DNA of 64,000 nucleotides from an uncultured bacterium. GTDB lineage: Bacteria; Krumholzibacteriota; Krumholzibacteriia; JACNKJ01. Made by a program: the position numbers and the translations under genes. Below the pieces are notes generated by a model. That model was not told the origin of the DNA. It made no database searches and saw only the letters and a program-made list of their open reading frames with translations. Location: assembly GCA_963695095.1 (NCBI GenBank), contig CAVOFT010000001.1, positions 224,001 through 288,000 of the forward strand, written 5' to 3'. Position 1 is the first letter of the stretch. Every line of letters begins with the position of its first letter. This document shows, piece by piece, positions 29,630-40,179 of this stretch.

Positions 29630-30810
29630 CCGGCCAGGTAGCGCCGCGCGGCGCGCACGAGCAGCTCGACGCCGATGGGGAGCGCGTCCTCGTCCAGATC
29701 GAAGGCCGGGTGATGGTGGGCGGCCACGATCCCCTTCGCCGCATTGCCCGCGCCGACGAAGAAGAAGCAGCCGGGCACGCGGTCCAGGTACTCGGCCATG
29801 TCCTCGCCGCCGAGCGTGCGCATCTCGACCACGTTGTCGGCGCCCAGCAGCTCGGTCGCCGTCTCGCGCACGAGGGCGGCCAGGGCCGGATCGTTCACCA
29901 GCGGGATGTTGATGCGCTGGTAGTCCAGCCGATAGTCGCAGCCGTGGGCGTGGCAGATACCGGCGACCACATGCTCGAACTGGGCCGGAATGGCCTCCCA
30001 GATCGCCCGGTCGAAGCAGCGGATCGTCCCCGCGAGCTGCGCCTCGCCGGGAATGATGTTGAAGGCCGAGCCGGCGTGGAACTCGGCCACCGTCACCACC
30101 ACGGCGGCCAGCGGGTCGCTGCGCCGCGACACCAGCGTCTGCAGGGCGCCCACGATGGCGGCGCCGGCCACCACCGGATCGCAGGTCTCCTGCGGCTGCG
30201 CGGCGTGGCCCCCCTTGCCGATCACCGCCAGGTGGAACTCGTCGACCGCGGCCATCGTGGGGCCGGCCGCCACGCCCACCTTGCCAGTGGGCAGGGAACT
30301 CCAGTAGTGCAGGCCGAGGGCGGCGTCCACGCGCGGGGACTCGAGCACGCCCTCGGCGATCATGCGCTTGGCGCCGCCGAAGCCCTCCTCCGCCGGCTGG
30401 AAGACGGCCTTCACGCGCCCGCCGTTCAGGCTCGCGGCCTCGCGCTGCAGCACCGAGCAGGCCGCGAGCAGCGAGGCACAGTGGCCGTCGTGGCCGCAGG
30501 CGTGCATCAGGCCGGTGAAGCCGGAGCGGTACTCGCGATCGCCCTCTTCCTCGATGGGCAGCGCGTCCATGTCCGCGCGCAGGAGCAGCGTGCGCCCCGA
30601 GGCGCCGCCGGCGTCGCCGATCAGGGCGACCACCCCCGTCTCGGCCACGCCGGTGGCCGGCGTGAGGCCGAGGCCGCGCAGGTACTCGGCGATGACGCCC
30701 GCCGTGCGCGTCTCCTGGAAGCCGAGCTCGGGATGGCGGTGAAAATCGCGGCGCAGGCGGATCAGGGCCAGCCGCTCCTGCTCGGTGAGACTGGGGCTGA
30801 GGGACTCCAT
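29626..30810 (-). CDS. M20D family amidohydrolase
   Basis: HRHPELGFQE, RADMDALP, MHACGHDGH, FQPAEE, GGHAA, GGEDM. Confidence 0.93.
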   Translation of the reverse strand: MESLSPSLTEQERLALIRLRRDFHRHPELGFQETRTAGVIAEYLRGLGLTPATGVAETGVVALIGDAGGASGRTLLLRADMDALPIEEEGDREYRSGFTGLMHACGHDGHCASLLAACSVLQREAASLNGGRVKAVFQPAEEGFGGAKRMIAEGVLESPRVDAALGLHYWSSLPTGKVGVAAGPTMAAVDEFHLAVIGKGGHAAQPQETCDPVVAGAAIVGALQTLVSRRSDPLAAVVVTVAEFHAGSAFNIIPGEAQLAGTIRCFDRAIWEAIPAQFEHVVAGICHAHGCDYRLDYQRINIPLVNDPALAALVRETATELLGADNVVEMRTLGGEDMAEYLDRVPGCFFFVGAGNAAKGIVAAHHHPAFDLDEDALPIGVELLVRAARRYLAG

Positions 30811-30843
30811 GCCGCCTCCTCCGCGCGGCAGCCCGCAGGCTGC

Positions 30844-31695
30844 CTAGCTGATGAACTCCACCTCGATGGCCTGCTCGAGGTAGCCGCGCTCGTGGGCGCG
30901 CTCCAGGAACAGCGCGATGCTCCGCCGCCCCCGCTCGCCGTAGTCGAGGGTGAGCTCGTTCACGTACATGCCCACGAAGCGATCGGCGAGGGCCAGGTCC
31001 AGACCGCGGCCGAAGCCGAGGGCGTACTTCACCGCCTCGTCGCGGTGCGCGAGGCCGTAGGCGATGCTCGCCTTCAGGATGCCGTTCAGCTCGCGCATGC
31101 GCGCAAGGCCGAGGTCGCGGCGCACGGCGTTGCCGCCCAGGGGCAGCGGCAGGCCGCCGGTCTCCGCTCCCCACCAGACGCCGAGGTCCAGCAGCAGGGC
31201 CAGCCCCTCGCCGGCGTAGGTGAGCTGCCCCTCGTGGATGAGCAAGCCCGCTTCGACCTCGCCGCCGGCGACGGCGCTGCCGATCCGATCGAAGGGCAGC
31301 ACCGCGTAGTCGAAGTCGCCGATGGCCAGGCGCAGGGCGAGGAAGGCGCTGGTGAGCGTGCCGGGCACGGCGATCTTGCGGCGCTTGGCCTCGGCCAGCG
31401 TGAGCCCGGGCTGCGCCACCAGCATGGGGCCGTAGCCGTCGCCCATGCTGGCGCCGCAGGCGAGCAGCGCGTACTTGTCCTGCAGGTGCGCGTAGGCGTG
31501 GATGGACACGGCGCTGATGTGCAGTTCGCCGGCCAGCGCGCGGCGGTTGAGCGTCTCGATGTCCTGCAGGATGTGCGTGAAGCGGTAGGGCCCGGCGTCC
31601 ACGTGGCCCTTGGCGAGGCCGTAGAACATGAAGGCGTCGTCGGGGTCGGGGCTGTGGCCGAGCAGGATCTCCATCGTGGCCGCGGGGGCGCTCAT
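30844..31695 (-). CDS. mqnD: 1,4-dihydroxy-6-naphthoate synthase (futalosine menaquinone pathway)
   Basis: GHSPDPDDAFMFY, DIETLN, GYGPM, LIHEGQLTY, PLPLGG, GMYVN. Confidence 0.88.
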   Translation of the reverse strand: MSAPAATMEILLGHSPDPDDAFMFYGLAKGHVDAGPYRFTHILQDIETLNRRALAGELHISAVSIHAYAHLQDKYALLACGASMGDGYGPMLVAQPGLTLAEAKRRKIAVPGTLTSAFLALRLAIGDFDYAVLPFDRIGSAVAGGEVEAGLLIHEGQLTYAGEGLALLLDLGVWWGAETGGLPLPLGGNAVRRDLGLARMRELNGILKASIAYGLAHRDEAVKYALGFGRGLDLALADRFVGMYVNELTLDYGERGRRSIALFLERAHERGYLEQAIEVEFIS

Positions 31696-31896
31696 CTCGT
31701 CTCCCGATTGCTGGGGGGCGCCAGGGCGAAGGAAGCGAACCATGCTAGCAAATCGCGTGGCAGCGCAGCAAGCCGGGCGTGGGCACGCATGAGAAAGCAT
31801 GGGGGTTGGCCTTTCCGCGGATCCCGGCATTTGCTAGACTGCCGCCCACAGCGCGCCGGCAGGGACGCCGGCGCCCGGCGGCGAGAACGAGGTGGC

Positions 31897-32211
31897 ATGA
31901 GCGAGGGCGACTACATCCGCGTCTGCAGCATCGACGAAGTGCCCGCGGGCGAGGCCCGTGCCTTCGCGGTCGAGGGCTACGACATCGCGATCTTCAACAC
32001 CGGCGACGAGATCTACGCCATCGAGAACCGCTGCCCGCACATGGGCGCCGAGCTGGCCGAAGGCGACATCATCGACCGCAGCGTCTGCTGCCACCAGCAC
32101 GGCTGGATCGTCGACCTGGAGACGGGCAAGGTGATGGATCAGGAGGAGACGGCCGTCGCCACCTTCCCCGTGCAGCTGCGCGAGGACGAGATCTGGGTGC
32201 TGATCGGCTAG
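31897..32211 (+). CDS. Rieske 2Fe-2S ferredoxin
   Basis: NRCPHMG...CHQHGW (CxH...CxxH); RBS gagg. Confidence 0.9.
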   Translation: MSEGDYIRVCSIDEVPAGEARAFAVEGYDIAIFNTGDEIYAIENRCPHMGAELAEGDIIDRSVCCHQHGWIVDLETGKVMDQEETAVATFPVQLREDEIWVLIG

Positions 32212-32952
32212 CTGCCGGCCGCGCCCCCGCCCGTGAGCGCCGCCAGCTCGGCGGCGTAGATGTCCACGCACAGATCGAAGAGCCGCTTGCCCTTCTCGGC
32301 GCTGGCCAGGGAGGGGTCGCTGTACATGCGGCCGTCGGGGAAGAGGCGGCGGAAGGCGCGCGGCCCCAGCGGCCACTCGTGAGCGGGCTTCTCGGGATCG
32401 ACTGGCGCGGCGGGCGCCACGGCGCCCGGGAACAGGTGCATCGTGATGCTGATCTCGGCGGCGGTGGCGTGGTCGCCGTTGCGCTCGCCGATGAGCTCGT
32501 CCTCGAGGGCCTTCACCTCGGGCCGCTCCCACCAGCTCCGCCAGTACCAGGCGAGATCCTCGCGGCGGGCGAGCAGGTCGCTGGCCGCCGCCGAGGCCGC
32601 CGGCGTGTTGCCGCCGTGCCCGTTGACGAAGTAGAAGCGGCGAAAGCCGTGGCGAGCGAGCGATTCCACCACCTCGGTGAGCAGGCCGGCGAAGCCGGCC
32701 GCGCTCATGCTGGCCGTGCCGGGGAAGCCCAGGTGGTGCTGGCTCATGCCGACGGCGAGCACGGGATGCACGAGCACGCCGCAGCGCTCGCCGATGGCGA
32801 GCGCCATTGCGTCGGCGATCAGGTGGTCCGTGCCGATCAGCCCGTTCGGGCCGTGCTGCTCGGTGGCGCCGGTGGGAATGACGATGGCGTCCTTCCCGCG
32901 CAGGTAAGCTCTCGACCTGGGACCAGGTCATCATGGCAAGGGCGAGCCGCAT
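32208..32952 (-). CDS. Creatininase family protein; frameshift near 32906
   Basis: MTWSQVE / IPTGATEQHG...GTD, HHLGFPGT, NGHGGN, DHA...E. Confidence 0.85.
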
Positions 32953-33048
32953 GGCGAGCCTCCTCTGAAATTCCGAAGGAGGCTGCGCGAATCGCATCTC
33001 CGAGGCAAGCTGAGTTTGTGCGCGTCCCGGCCGGCGCCGGCAAGCGCC

Positions 33049-33366
33049 CTAGCGGGCCAGCTCGGCCATCTTGCGCAGGTTGCGCTTCTTGCGGTGGATG
33101 CTGCGCCGCAAGCGCTTGAGCTCGCCGTGATTCCCCGCCGCCAGCGCCGTCGCGCTCTCCGCCTTGAGGACCTTGATCTTGGCCTTCAGCTCCACCTTGG
33201 CGGTGGCATCGGTGACCACCAGATGCGGGCGCTCGATGCCCAGCTTGCCGGCCATGAGCTCCACCAGGGCGTCCTTCGACAGGCCGGTGGTGCCGGCCAC
33301 GCCCTGCTCCTGGGCCATGCCGCGCAACTGGGTGACTTTCATCTTCTGCAAACCATGCCAGTCCAT
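33049..33366 (-). CDS. Small basic protein with Rho-N-like domain
   Basis: LQKMKVTQLRGMAQEQGVAGTTGLSKDALV; RBS gaggagg. Confidence 0.75.
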   Translation of the reverse strand: MDWHGLQKMKVTQLRGMAQEQGVAGTTGLSKDALVELMAGKLGIERPHLVVTDATAKVELKAKIKVLKAESATALAAGNHGELKRLRRSIHRKKRNLRKMAELAR

Positions 33367-33496
33367 GGGTTCCTCCTCTTCAGAGCCGCCCCCAGCGTAG
33401 CGAGCGCGCCGCCCATGTCAAGACCCCCACTTGCGGTCCGGCGCGTGGATTGCTAGGATTCTCGGGTCCCGGCGCCCGGCGCCGGGCGCCCAAACC

Positions 33497-33844
33497 ATGC
33501 CGAACACACTGCGCAGCCGCCCGCTCGCCCTCGCCGCCCTCCTGCTCCTGCTGGCGGCGGTCTCCGTCGATCTGTGTCGCCACGGGGTGGAGATTCCGAG
33601 CGGCGCCGCGGCGCGGGCTGTCGTCAGCGGCGGGGATTGCGGCGAGGGCTGTGATCCAGCCGCCGGGAGCGACGACGAGTCCCACTGCCACGCCTGCCTC
33701 TGCGCCTGCCATGCCCTGGGCGTCCTGACCCCGGCCGGCGGGGAGCGGCTCGCGTCCGCCGCGGGTTCACTGGTCGCCGCGCCCGTCGCCCGGCATGCCG
33801 CCGGCTTCCGCTCGACCCCCGAGCAGCCTCCCCAGTCCGCCTGA
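33497..33844 (+). CDS. CzcI/DUF2946-like Cys/His-rich protein upstream of the metal efflux operon
   Basis: N-terminal hydrophobic segment, HCHACLCACH, C-terminal PEQPP. Confidence 0.65.
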   Translation: MPNTLRSRPLALAALLLLLAAVSVDLCRHGVEIPSGAAARAVVSGGDCGEGCDPAAGSDDESHCHACLCACHALGVLTPAGGERLASAAGSLVAAPVARHAAGFRSTPEQPPQSA

Positions 33845-33918
33845 TCGTTTCGCCGTCCTGAAGGCCGGGCTCTCCATGCGGAGAGCTGCACGATCCATTG
33901 CGGACAAAGGGGTTGGTC

Positions 33919-35157
33919 ATGGCTTCGTCCACCGCGCGCAGGCCGCGCGCCTTCCTTCTCGCGCTTTGCCTCCTGCTTGCGGCGCCCAGCGCGCGCGGCG
34001 AGGCGGGGCCGACGCTGAGCTGGCCGGATCTGCTCGCCCATCTCGATGAGCAGCCTGAGCTGCTCGCGGCCCAGGCCGATCGCGCGGCCGCGGCGGGCGC
34101 GCTGCGCGCTCTCGGTCTTCCCAATCCCGAGCTGGAACTCGCGCGCGGTCGCGCCGAGGCCATCGGGGCCGAGGCCGGCGAGAGCGCGGACACCTGGGAA
34201 GTCAGCCTGAGCCTGCCCCTGCGTCCCTGGGGACCCTGGCGGCACGAGCGCGCCGCGGCCCGAGCGGAACGCAAAGCCGCCGGCCACGATCTGCAAGGCG
34301 TGCGGCGAGACCTGGAGCGCCTGCTCGCCGCGCGCTTCTGGCAGGTGGCCCACGACCAGCGCCTGCGGCTCGTCCTCGCGGAACGGCATGCGCAGCTCTC
34401 CCGCCTCGTGGAGATCGCTCGCCTGCGCGCCGAGCTGGGCGAGGCCCGCCCCACCGAGCCCCTCCGCCTGGAGATCGAACTCGAGCTACTGGCCGCGGAC
34501 ATCCGCGTGGTGGAGGCCGCCGCCGCGCTCGCGCGCCTAGCCCTGGGCCGCCGGCTCGGCCTCGATCCGCCCGGAGACTTCAGTGTTGCCGCGGACTGGG
34601 ACAGCCTGCCGGCCCTTGCCGCCGGTGCCACGCTCGGCGGGCAGCCGGTTCTGGCCGCCGCCGCCGCTCGCAGCGAAAGCGCCGAGGCTGCGCTCGCCGC
34701 CGCCCGCGCCGACCGCTGGCCGGGGCTCAAGATCGGCGGCTTCCGCGCACGCGAGCTCGACGCCGAGAGCGAGGGCCTCGTCCTGGCCCTCGAACTGCCG
34801 CTCCTCGACCGCCGTGGCGGCGCCGTGGATCGCGCCCGGGCGGAGGCGGCGGCCGCCCGCCATCGTCGCCAGGCGCTGGCACAGGACCTGGCCGATACGC
34901 TGGCGGACGCCGAGGCCCGCCTGCAACTCGCCCACGCCCGCGTCCTGAGCCTGCGCGACGAGATCCTGCCGCGCGCGACCCGGTCGCTGGCCGCGCTCGA
35001 GGAGGAGTATCGCGTGGGCGAGGCCGGCCTCATCGAACTCCTCGACGCGCGCCGCGCGCGCTCGAGCACCGAATCGGAGCTGCTGGCCGCCCAGCTCGAC
35101 CTTCACCTGGCCCTTGCCGATCTCAAGGCCCTCGCCCCGGGAGACGACCATGATTAG
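33919..35157 (+). CDS. czcC: TolC-family outer membrane factor (CzcC-like)
   Basis: LPNPEL, LELPLLDR, EEYRVGEAGLIELLDARR; operon context. Confidence 0.8.
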   Translation: MASSTARRPRAFLLALCLLLAAPSARGEAGPTLSWPDLLAHLDEQPELLAAQADRAAAAGALRALGLPNPELELARGRAEAIGAEAGESADTWEVSLSLPLRPWGPWRHERAAARAERKAAGHDLQGVRRDLERLLAARFWQVAHDQRLRLVLAERHAQLSRLVEIARLRAELGEARPTEPLRLEIELELLAADIRVVEAAAALARLALGRRLGLDPPGDFSVAADWDSLPALAAGATLGGQPVLAAAAARSESAEAALAAARADRWPGLKIGGFRARELDAESEGLVLALELPLLDRRGGAVDRARAEAAAARHRRQALAQDLADTLADAEARLQLAHARVLSLRDEILPRATRSLAALEEEYRVGEAGLIELLDARRARSSTESELLAAQLDLHLALADLKALAPGDDHD

Positions 35158-36523
35158 CGCAATCCTCTCCAGCCGCGCCGCTCTGGCGCCGTCCTTTTTG
35201 ATGCTCATCGCCCTGGCGGCCTGCGAGCCCTCCGGGGCCGGCAGCGGGGGGGGCGAGGCCCAGCCCTCCGCTCGAGCCGCGGAGCCGGTCGAGGACGGCC
35301 ACGACCACGGCGCCGACGAGGCGCACGATCACGGCGCCGAGGAGGGTTCCGACCTCGATCGCCCCATCGCCGAGCTCTTCGCGGCCCGTTGCGAGCACGA
35401 CATGGCCGCGCATCAGTGCGCCGAATGCCGCTACGAGGTCGGCGTGGCGCGGGTGCCGGCCAGCCTCCTCGCCGAGGGACTGATCGCCACGGCGATTGCG
35501 CGCGCGCAGGGGCTGCCCGAAGTGATCGAATTGCCCGGCGAGATCCGCTTCGACGAGCACCGCATCGCGCACCTGACGCCGCAGGTAACCGGCATCGTCG
35601 CCCGGGTGCACGTGGACCTGGGCAGCCGGGTGGCGGCGGGCGACTTGCTGCTCGAGCTGGAGAGCGCCGAGCTGGCCGCGGCCCAGGCCGACTACCTGGG
35701 GGCCCTGGCCGAAGAATCCCTGGCGGCGAAGGCAGGCGAGCGCCTGGCAACCTTGCGCGCGGCGAAGATCGCGAGCGAACGCGAGGCCCTGGAGACCGAG
35801 CAGCGCCTGGCCAGCGCCCGCATCAGGAGTGCCGCGAGCCGGCAGCGCCTGTCGACCCTGGGGCTGGCCGCCGATGAGATCGCGGCCCTGGCCGCGGGCG
35901 GCGCCGCCCGCGCGGATGGCCGCCTCGCCCTGCGCGCGCCCTTCGCGGGCGAGATCCTCGGCCTGCACGCCGTGCGCGGCGAGCAGGTGGAGACTGGCCG
36001 CGAGCTGGCCCTGCTCGGCGACACGGCGCGGCTCTGGGTCTGGGTGGACGTCTACGAGGCGCAACTCGCGCGGATCGAGACGCTCCACCGCGAAGGCTCC
36101 CTCGCGGTGGGCGTGCGGGTTGCCGCCTACCCGGAGCGGGAATTCGCCGGGCGCCTCGATCTGATCGGCCGCACGATGGACGAGGCGACACGCACGGTGA
36201 AGTCGCGCATCCTGCTCGAGAACCCGGAGGCCCTGCTGCGCCCCGGCATGTTCGCGAAGGTGCAGCTGTTCCTGCCAGGCGACCAGAGCGTCCTGGCCGT
36301 GCCCGCCGAAGCCCTGCTCGCCGACGAGGGACGGGAGTTCGTCTTCGTGCACCACGAGGGCGAGTACTTCGTGCGCCGCGCCGTGCAGGCCGGGCGCCGC
36401 TGGACGGGCAGCGTGGAGATCCTGGCGGGCCTCGCGGAAGGCCAGACCGTGGCCGCCACCGGCGCCTTCCTCCTCAAATCCGACGTCCTGCGCTCCAAGA
36501 TGGGCGCGGGCTGCGCGGATTAG
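35150..36523 (+). CDS. czcB: Heavy-metal RND periplasmic adaptor (CzcB-like)
   Basis: Lipobox, His-rich linker, LRAPFAG, TRTVKSR, LRPGMFA, GAFLLKS. Confidence 0.85.
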   Translation: MISAILSSRAALAPSFLMLIALAACEPSGAGSGGGEAQPSARAAEPVEDGHDHGADEAHDHGAEEGSDLDRPIAELFAARCEHDMAAHQCAECRYEVGVARVPASLLAEGLIATAIARAQGLPEVIELPGEIRFDEHRIAHLTPQVTGIVARVHVDLGSRVAAGDLLLELESAELAAAQADYLGALAEESLAAKAGERLATLRAAKIASEREALETEQRLASARIRSAASRQRLSTLGLAADEIAALAAGGAARADGRLALRAPFAGEILGLHAVRGEQVETGRELALLGDTARLWVWVDVYEAQLARIETLHREGSLAVGVRVAAYPEREFAGRLDLIGRTMDEATRTVKSRILLENPEALLRPGMFAKVQLFLPGDQSVLAVPAEALLADEGREFVFVHHEGEYFVRRAVQAGRRWTGSVEILAGLAEGQTVAATGAFLLKSDVLRSKMGAGCAD

Positions 36524-36531
36524 GGGGCGCA

Positions 36532-39500
36532 ATGGACTTCACGAAATGGCTCCTGCGCAACCGGTTCCTCGTCTTGATCGCGACGGGGGTGCTCGTCGTC
36601 GGCGGCGGGCTGGCCTGGATGAGCCTGCCGATCGACGCCTTCCCCGACGTCACCAATACCCAGGTGATGATCCTCAGCCAGGCGCCCGGCCTCGCCGCCG
36701 TCGACGTCGAACAGCGGGTCAGCTACCCGATCGAGCAGGTGATGCGCGGCCTGCCGCGGGTGACGCAGGTGCGTTCGCTCTCCAAGGCGGGGCTGTCGCA
36801 GGTCGTCATCATCTTCGAGGACGGCGTCGACACCTACTGGACGCGGCAGGTCGTCTTCGAGCGGCTGGCGCTGGCGCGCGAGCAGCTCCCCCCCGGCGTG
36901 GAGCCCGAGCTCGGGCCCATCGAGCACGGGCCTCGGCGAGATCTACCAGTACACGCTCGAGGGCGACGGCCTGAGCGCCATGGAGCTGCGCACGATGCAG
37001 GATTGGCTGGTCGCGCCGCAGCTCAAGCCCATCCCGGGCGTGAACGAGGTCAACAGCTTCGGCGGCGAGGTCAAGCAGTACCAGGTGCTGGTCGCGCCCG
37101 AGAAGCTGCTCAAGTACGGCCTGACGGTGAACGAGGTCGTCGACGCGGTGGAGGCGAACAACGCCAATGCCGGCGGCGGCGTGGTCGTGCAGAACTGGGA
37201 GCAGGTCTACCTGCGCGGCGTCGGCCTGCTCGGCGACATTCCCGACATCGAGCGCATCGTGCTCAAGGCCAAGGACGGCTCGCCGGTCCACCTGCGCGAC
37301 GTCGCCGAGGTCGTCATCGGCGCCGAGCCACGGCAGGGCGCGGTCACGCGCGACGGCAAGGGCGAGGTCGTCGCGGGCATGATCATCATGCTCAAGGGCG
37401 AGAACGCGCAGGACGTGGTCCACCGCGTCAAGGAGGCCGTCGAGAGGATCCAGACCTCCTTGCCCGCCGGCGCGCGCATCAACGTGTTCTACGACCGCAC
37501 CTCGCTGATCGAGGCCTGCATCGACACGGTCATGCACGCGCTGCTCGAGGGCGGCGTGCTCGTCATCCTGGTGCTGTTTCTCTTTCTGGCCGAGCTGCGG
37601 ACGGCCCTCATCGTGGTGTTCTCCCTGCCGCTCACCTTCCTCGTCAGCTTCATCGTGATGGGGCAGGTCGGCCTCTCGTCCAACCTGATGAGCCTGGGCG
37701 GCCTCGCCTTCTCCGTCGGCATGGTGGTGGACGCTTCGATCGTCGTGGTCGAGAACGTCCGGCGCCATCTCGCGCAGCGCCGGGCGCAGGAACACCGGCG
37801 GCAGATCGTCGCCGAGGCCATCGCCGAGGTGGCGCGGCCCGTGGCCTTCTCGGTCATCATCATCGCCATCATCCTCGTGCCCCTGTTCACCCTGCAGGGG
37901 ATCGAAGGCAAGATGTTCGCCCCCCTGGCGCTGACCATGCTGATCGCGCTGCTGGTCTCGCTGGTCGTTGCCCTCACCGTCGTCCCGGTGCTCGCGGAGA
38001 TGCTGCTCAAGCAGGCCCCGGAGCGCGAGTTCGGCTTCATCCGCCGCTTCCACGCGGGCTATCTGAAGCTGCTGGAGCGCGCCGTCCGCCGGCCGGGCAT
38101 CACGCTGGGCATCTCGCTGGCCGTCCTTGCCGGCGCGGGGGCGCTCGTCCCCTTGGTCGGCACGGAGTTCATGCCGCCGCTCGACGAGGGCTCCATCGCC
38201 GTCAACGTCGTGCGGCTGCCGAACGCCTCCCTCGACGGATCGGTGCGCGTGGCGGAGTTCATCGAGAAGCGCCTCCTGGCCTTTCCCGAGGTGGACACCG
38301 TCGTCAGCAAGACGGGGCGCGCCGAGATCTCTGAAGACCCGATGGGCCCCGAGCAGACGGACGTCTTCATCATGCTGAAGCCGAGGAAGGCCTGGGGCAC
38401 CGGGCGCGACAAGGGCGAGCTGGTCGAAGCCATCCAGGCAGACCTGGCCGCCATCCCGGGCCTGCGCTACTCCTTCTCGCAGCCGATCGCCCTGCGCGTC
38501 AACGAGCTGATCTCGGGCGTGAAGAGCGACCTCGCCGTGAAGGTCTTCGGGCCCGACCTGGCGGTGCTCAAGGACTTCGCGGACCGCGCGGCGGCGGCCA
38601 TGGGTGGCGTCGCCGGCGCCGAGGACGTGAAGGTCGAGCAGGTCTCGGGCATGAACCAGCTCGACGTCGTCATCGACCGCGAGGCGCTGGCCCGGCACGG
38701 CCTCAGCATCGCCGACGTGAACGCCACGATCGAGACGGCCATCGCCGGCAAGGCCGTGACGCGCCTCATCGAGGACCAGATGCGCTTCGCCGTGGTGGTG
38801 CGCTTCCCGGCCGGCGATCGCAGCGACGTCGCAGGCCTCCAGCGCTTGCTCGTCCTGGCCCCCGCCGGCGAGCGGGTGCCGCTCGGGCAGCTCGCTGATT
38901 TCCAGATCGTGGAGGCCCCCGCTCAGGTCAGCCGCGAGAACGGCGTCCGCCGAGTGGTCGCCGAGGTCAACGTGCGGGGCCGCGATCTCGGCGGCTTCGT
39001 CGCGGAGGTCCAGACCGCCCTGGCGCCCCTCATCGGCGGCCTGCCCACCGGCTACTACGTCGAGTACGGCGGCCAGTTCGAGAACCAGCAGCGGGCGATG
39101 CGCCAGCTCGCCATCGTCGTGCCGATCGCCCTGCTCCTCATCCTCGTGCTGCTCTTCATGGCGCTGGGCTCGGTGTGGAATGCACTGCTCGTCCTGCTCA
39201 ATCTGCCCTTTGCGCTCGTCGGCGGAGTGCTGGCCGTGATCGCCTTCCGCATGGCGCTCTCCGTGTCGGCGGCCGTGGCGTTCATCGTGCTGCTCGGCAT
39301 CGCCGTCCAGAACGGCGTCGTGCTGGTGGCCTTCTTCCGCCAGCTCCGCGAGCAGGGGGAGTCCGTGTTCGACACGGTGATGAAGGGCTGTGAGGTTCGC
39401 TTTCGACCGCTCTTCATGACGGCGCTGGTCAGCTTCATCGGCCACCTGCCGATGCTCTATGCCACCGGCTCGGGCGCGGACATCCAGAAACCGCTGGCGG

Positions 39501-39613
39501 TGGTGGTGATGGGTGGGCTGATCACGTCCACCCTGCTTACCCTGCTGGTGTTGCCCTCCCTGTATCATCTGCTCGCCAATCGCTTCGCGCGCCGGGTGGC
39601 GGGAATGCCCTGA
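36532..39613 (+). CDS. czcA: CusA/CzcA heavy-metal efflux RND permease; frameshift near 36922
   Basis: LPIDAFPDVTNTQV, LGPI/STGLGEIYQY across the shift, NLMSLGG, EGKMFAP, EFMPPLDEG, SQPIALRVNELISGVKSD. Confidence 0.9.
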
Positions 39614-39648
39614 ACGGGCCTCGGAGGTCCTGACGTCCTCGATGATTG

Positions 39649-39664
39649 CGGCACGCGGCTTGCT
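39649..39664 (+). promoter_or_regulatory. sigma54 (-24/-12) promoter
   Basis: CGGCACGCGGCTTGCT matches YGGCACG-N4-TTGCW; 32 nt before an ATG with RBS aaaggag. Confidence 0.7.
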
Positions 39665-39696
39665 TTGTCCAAGAATTGAAGAAAGGAGCCCATCCG

Positions 39697-40065
39697 ATGC
39701 GAATCCCAGGACCCCCGCGCGCCTGGACGGGGCTCGCGCTGGCCTTGCTGCTCGTTGGCCTGCCTGCCGTCGCGCAGGAAGAGGCGAGCGGGGGGGCCAA
39801 TGCGGGGAGCGTCGAGGCGGGCGAGACCGCGGACGAAGCTGCCGCCAAGCCCGCGATCCACGGCAAGCACGGGCGTCGCGCCGAGCGACTCGGCCGGCTA
39901 ATCGAGGGCTTCAAGGCCGACCGGCGCGCGATCTACGAGGAGTACGGATTCCCCTCCTATCGCCACCTGGAGCTGGATTTCAACATCCGCACGGAGCACT
40001 GGTACTACCTGAGCGAGAACGTGGAGTTCGTCTTCGTCGGCGACCACCTCGTCAGCCGGCAGTAG
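39697..40065 (+). CDS. Small secreted hypothetical protein
   Basis: Signal peptide ending AVAQ; YGFPS...EHWYY...FVF BamE-like C-terminal pattern. Confidence 0.7.
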   Translation: MRIPGPPRAWTGLALALLLVGLPAVAQEEASGGANAGSVEAGETADEAAAKPAIHGKHGRRAERLGRLIEGFKADRRAIYEEYGFPSYRHLELDFNIRTEHWYYLSENVEFVFVGDHLVSRQ

Positions 40066-40179
40066 CCGCGCCCGTCCCGCCGGCCGCACTCCTCCCCGCC
40101 GGCTCCCCAGCGCCCACGGGGCCGTTTGACGCCCGCCCGCGGCCCGGCTATGCTGGGAGGACAACGCGGGAGGTGCAGC

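Noticed and set aside
28040..31174. 1044-aa ORF suggesting a fusion
   Set aside because: Only the part from 29629 is GT39; the upstream part is an off-frame read-through over the amidohydrolase
29626..32952. mqnD/Rieske/creatininase/amidohydrolase as a new pathway cluster
   Set aside because: Mixed orientations and common housekeeping families; nothing in the sequence supports functional coupling
36915..36930. Programmed frameshifting in czcA or other split genes
   Set aside because: No slippery heptamer is evident and these families are not known to use it; sequencing error is more parsimonious
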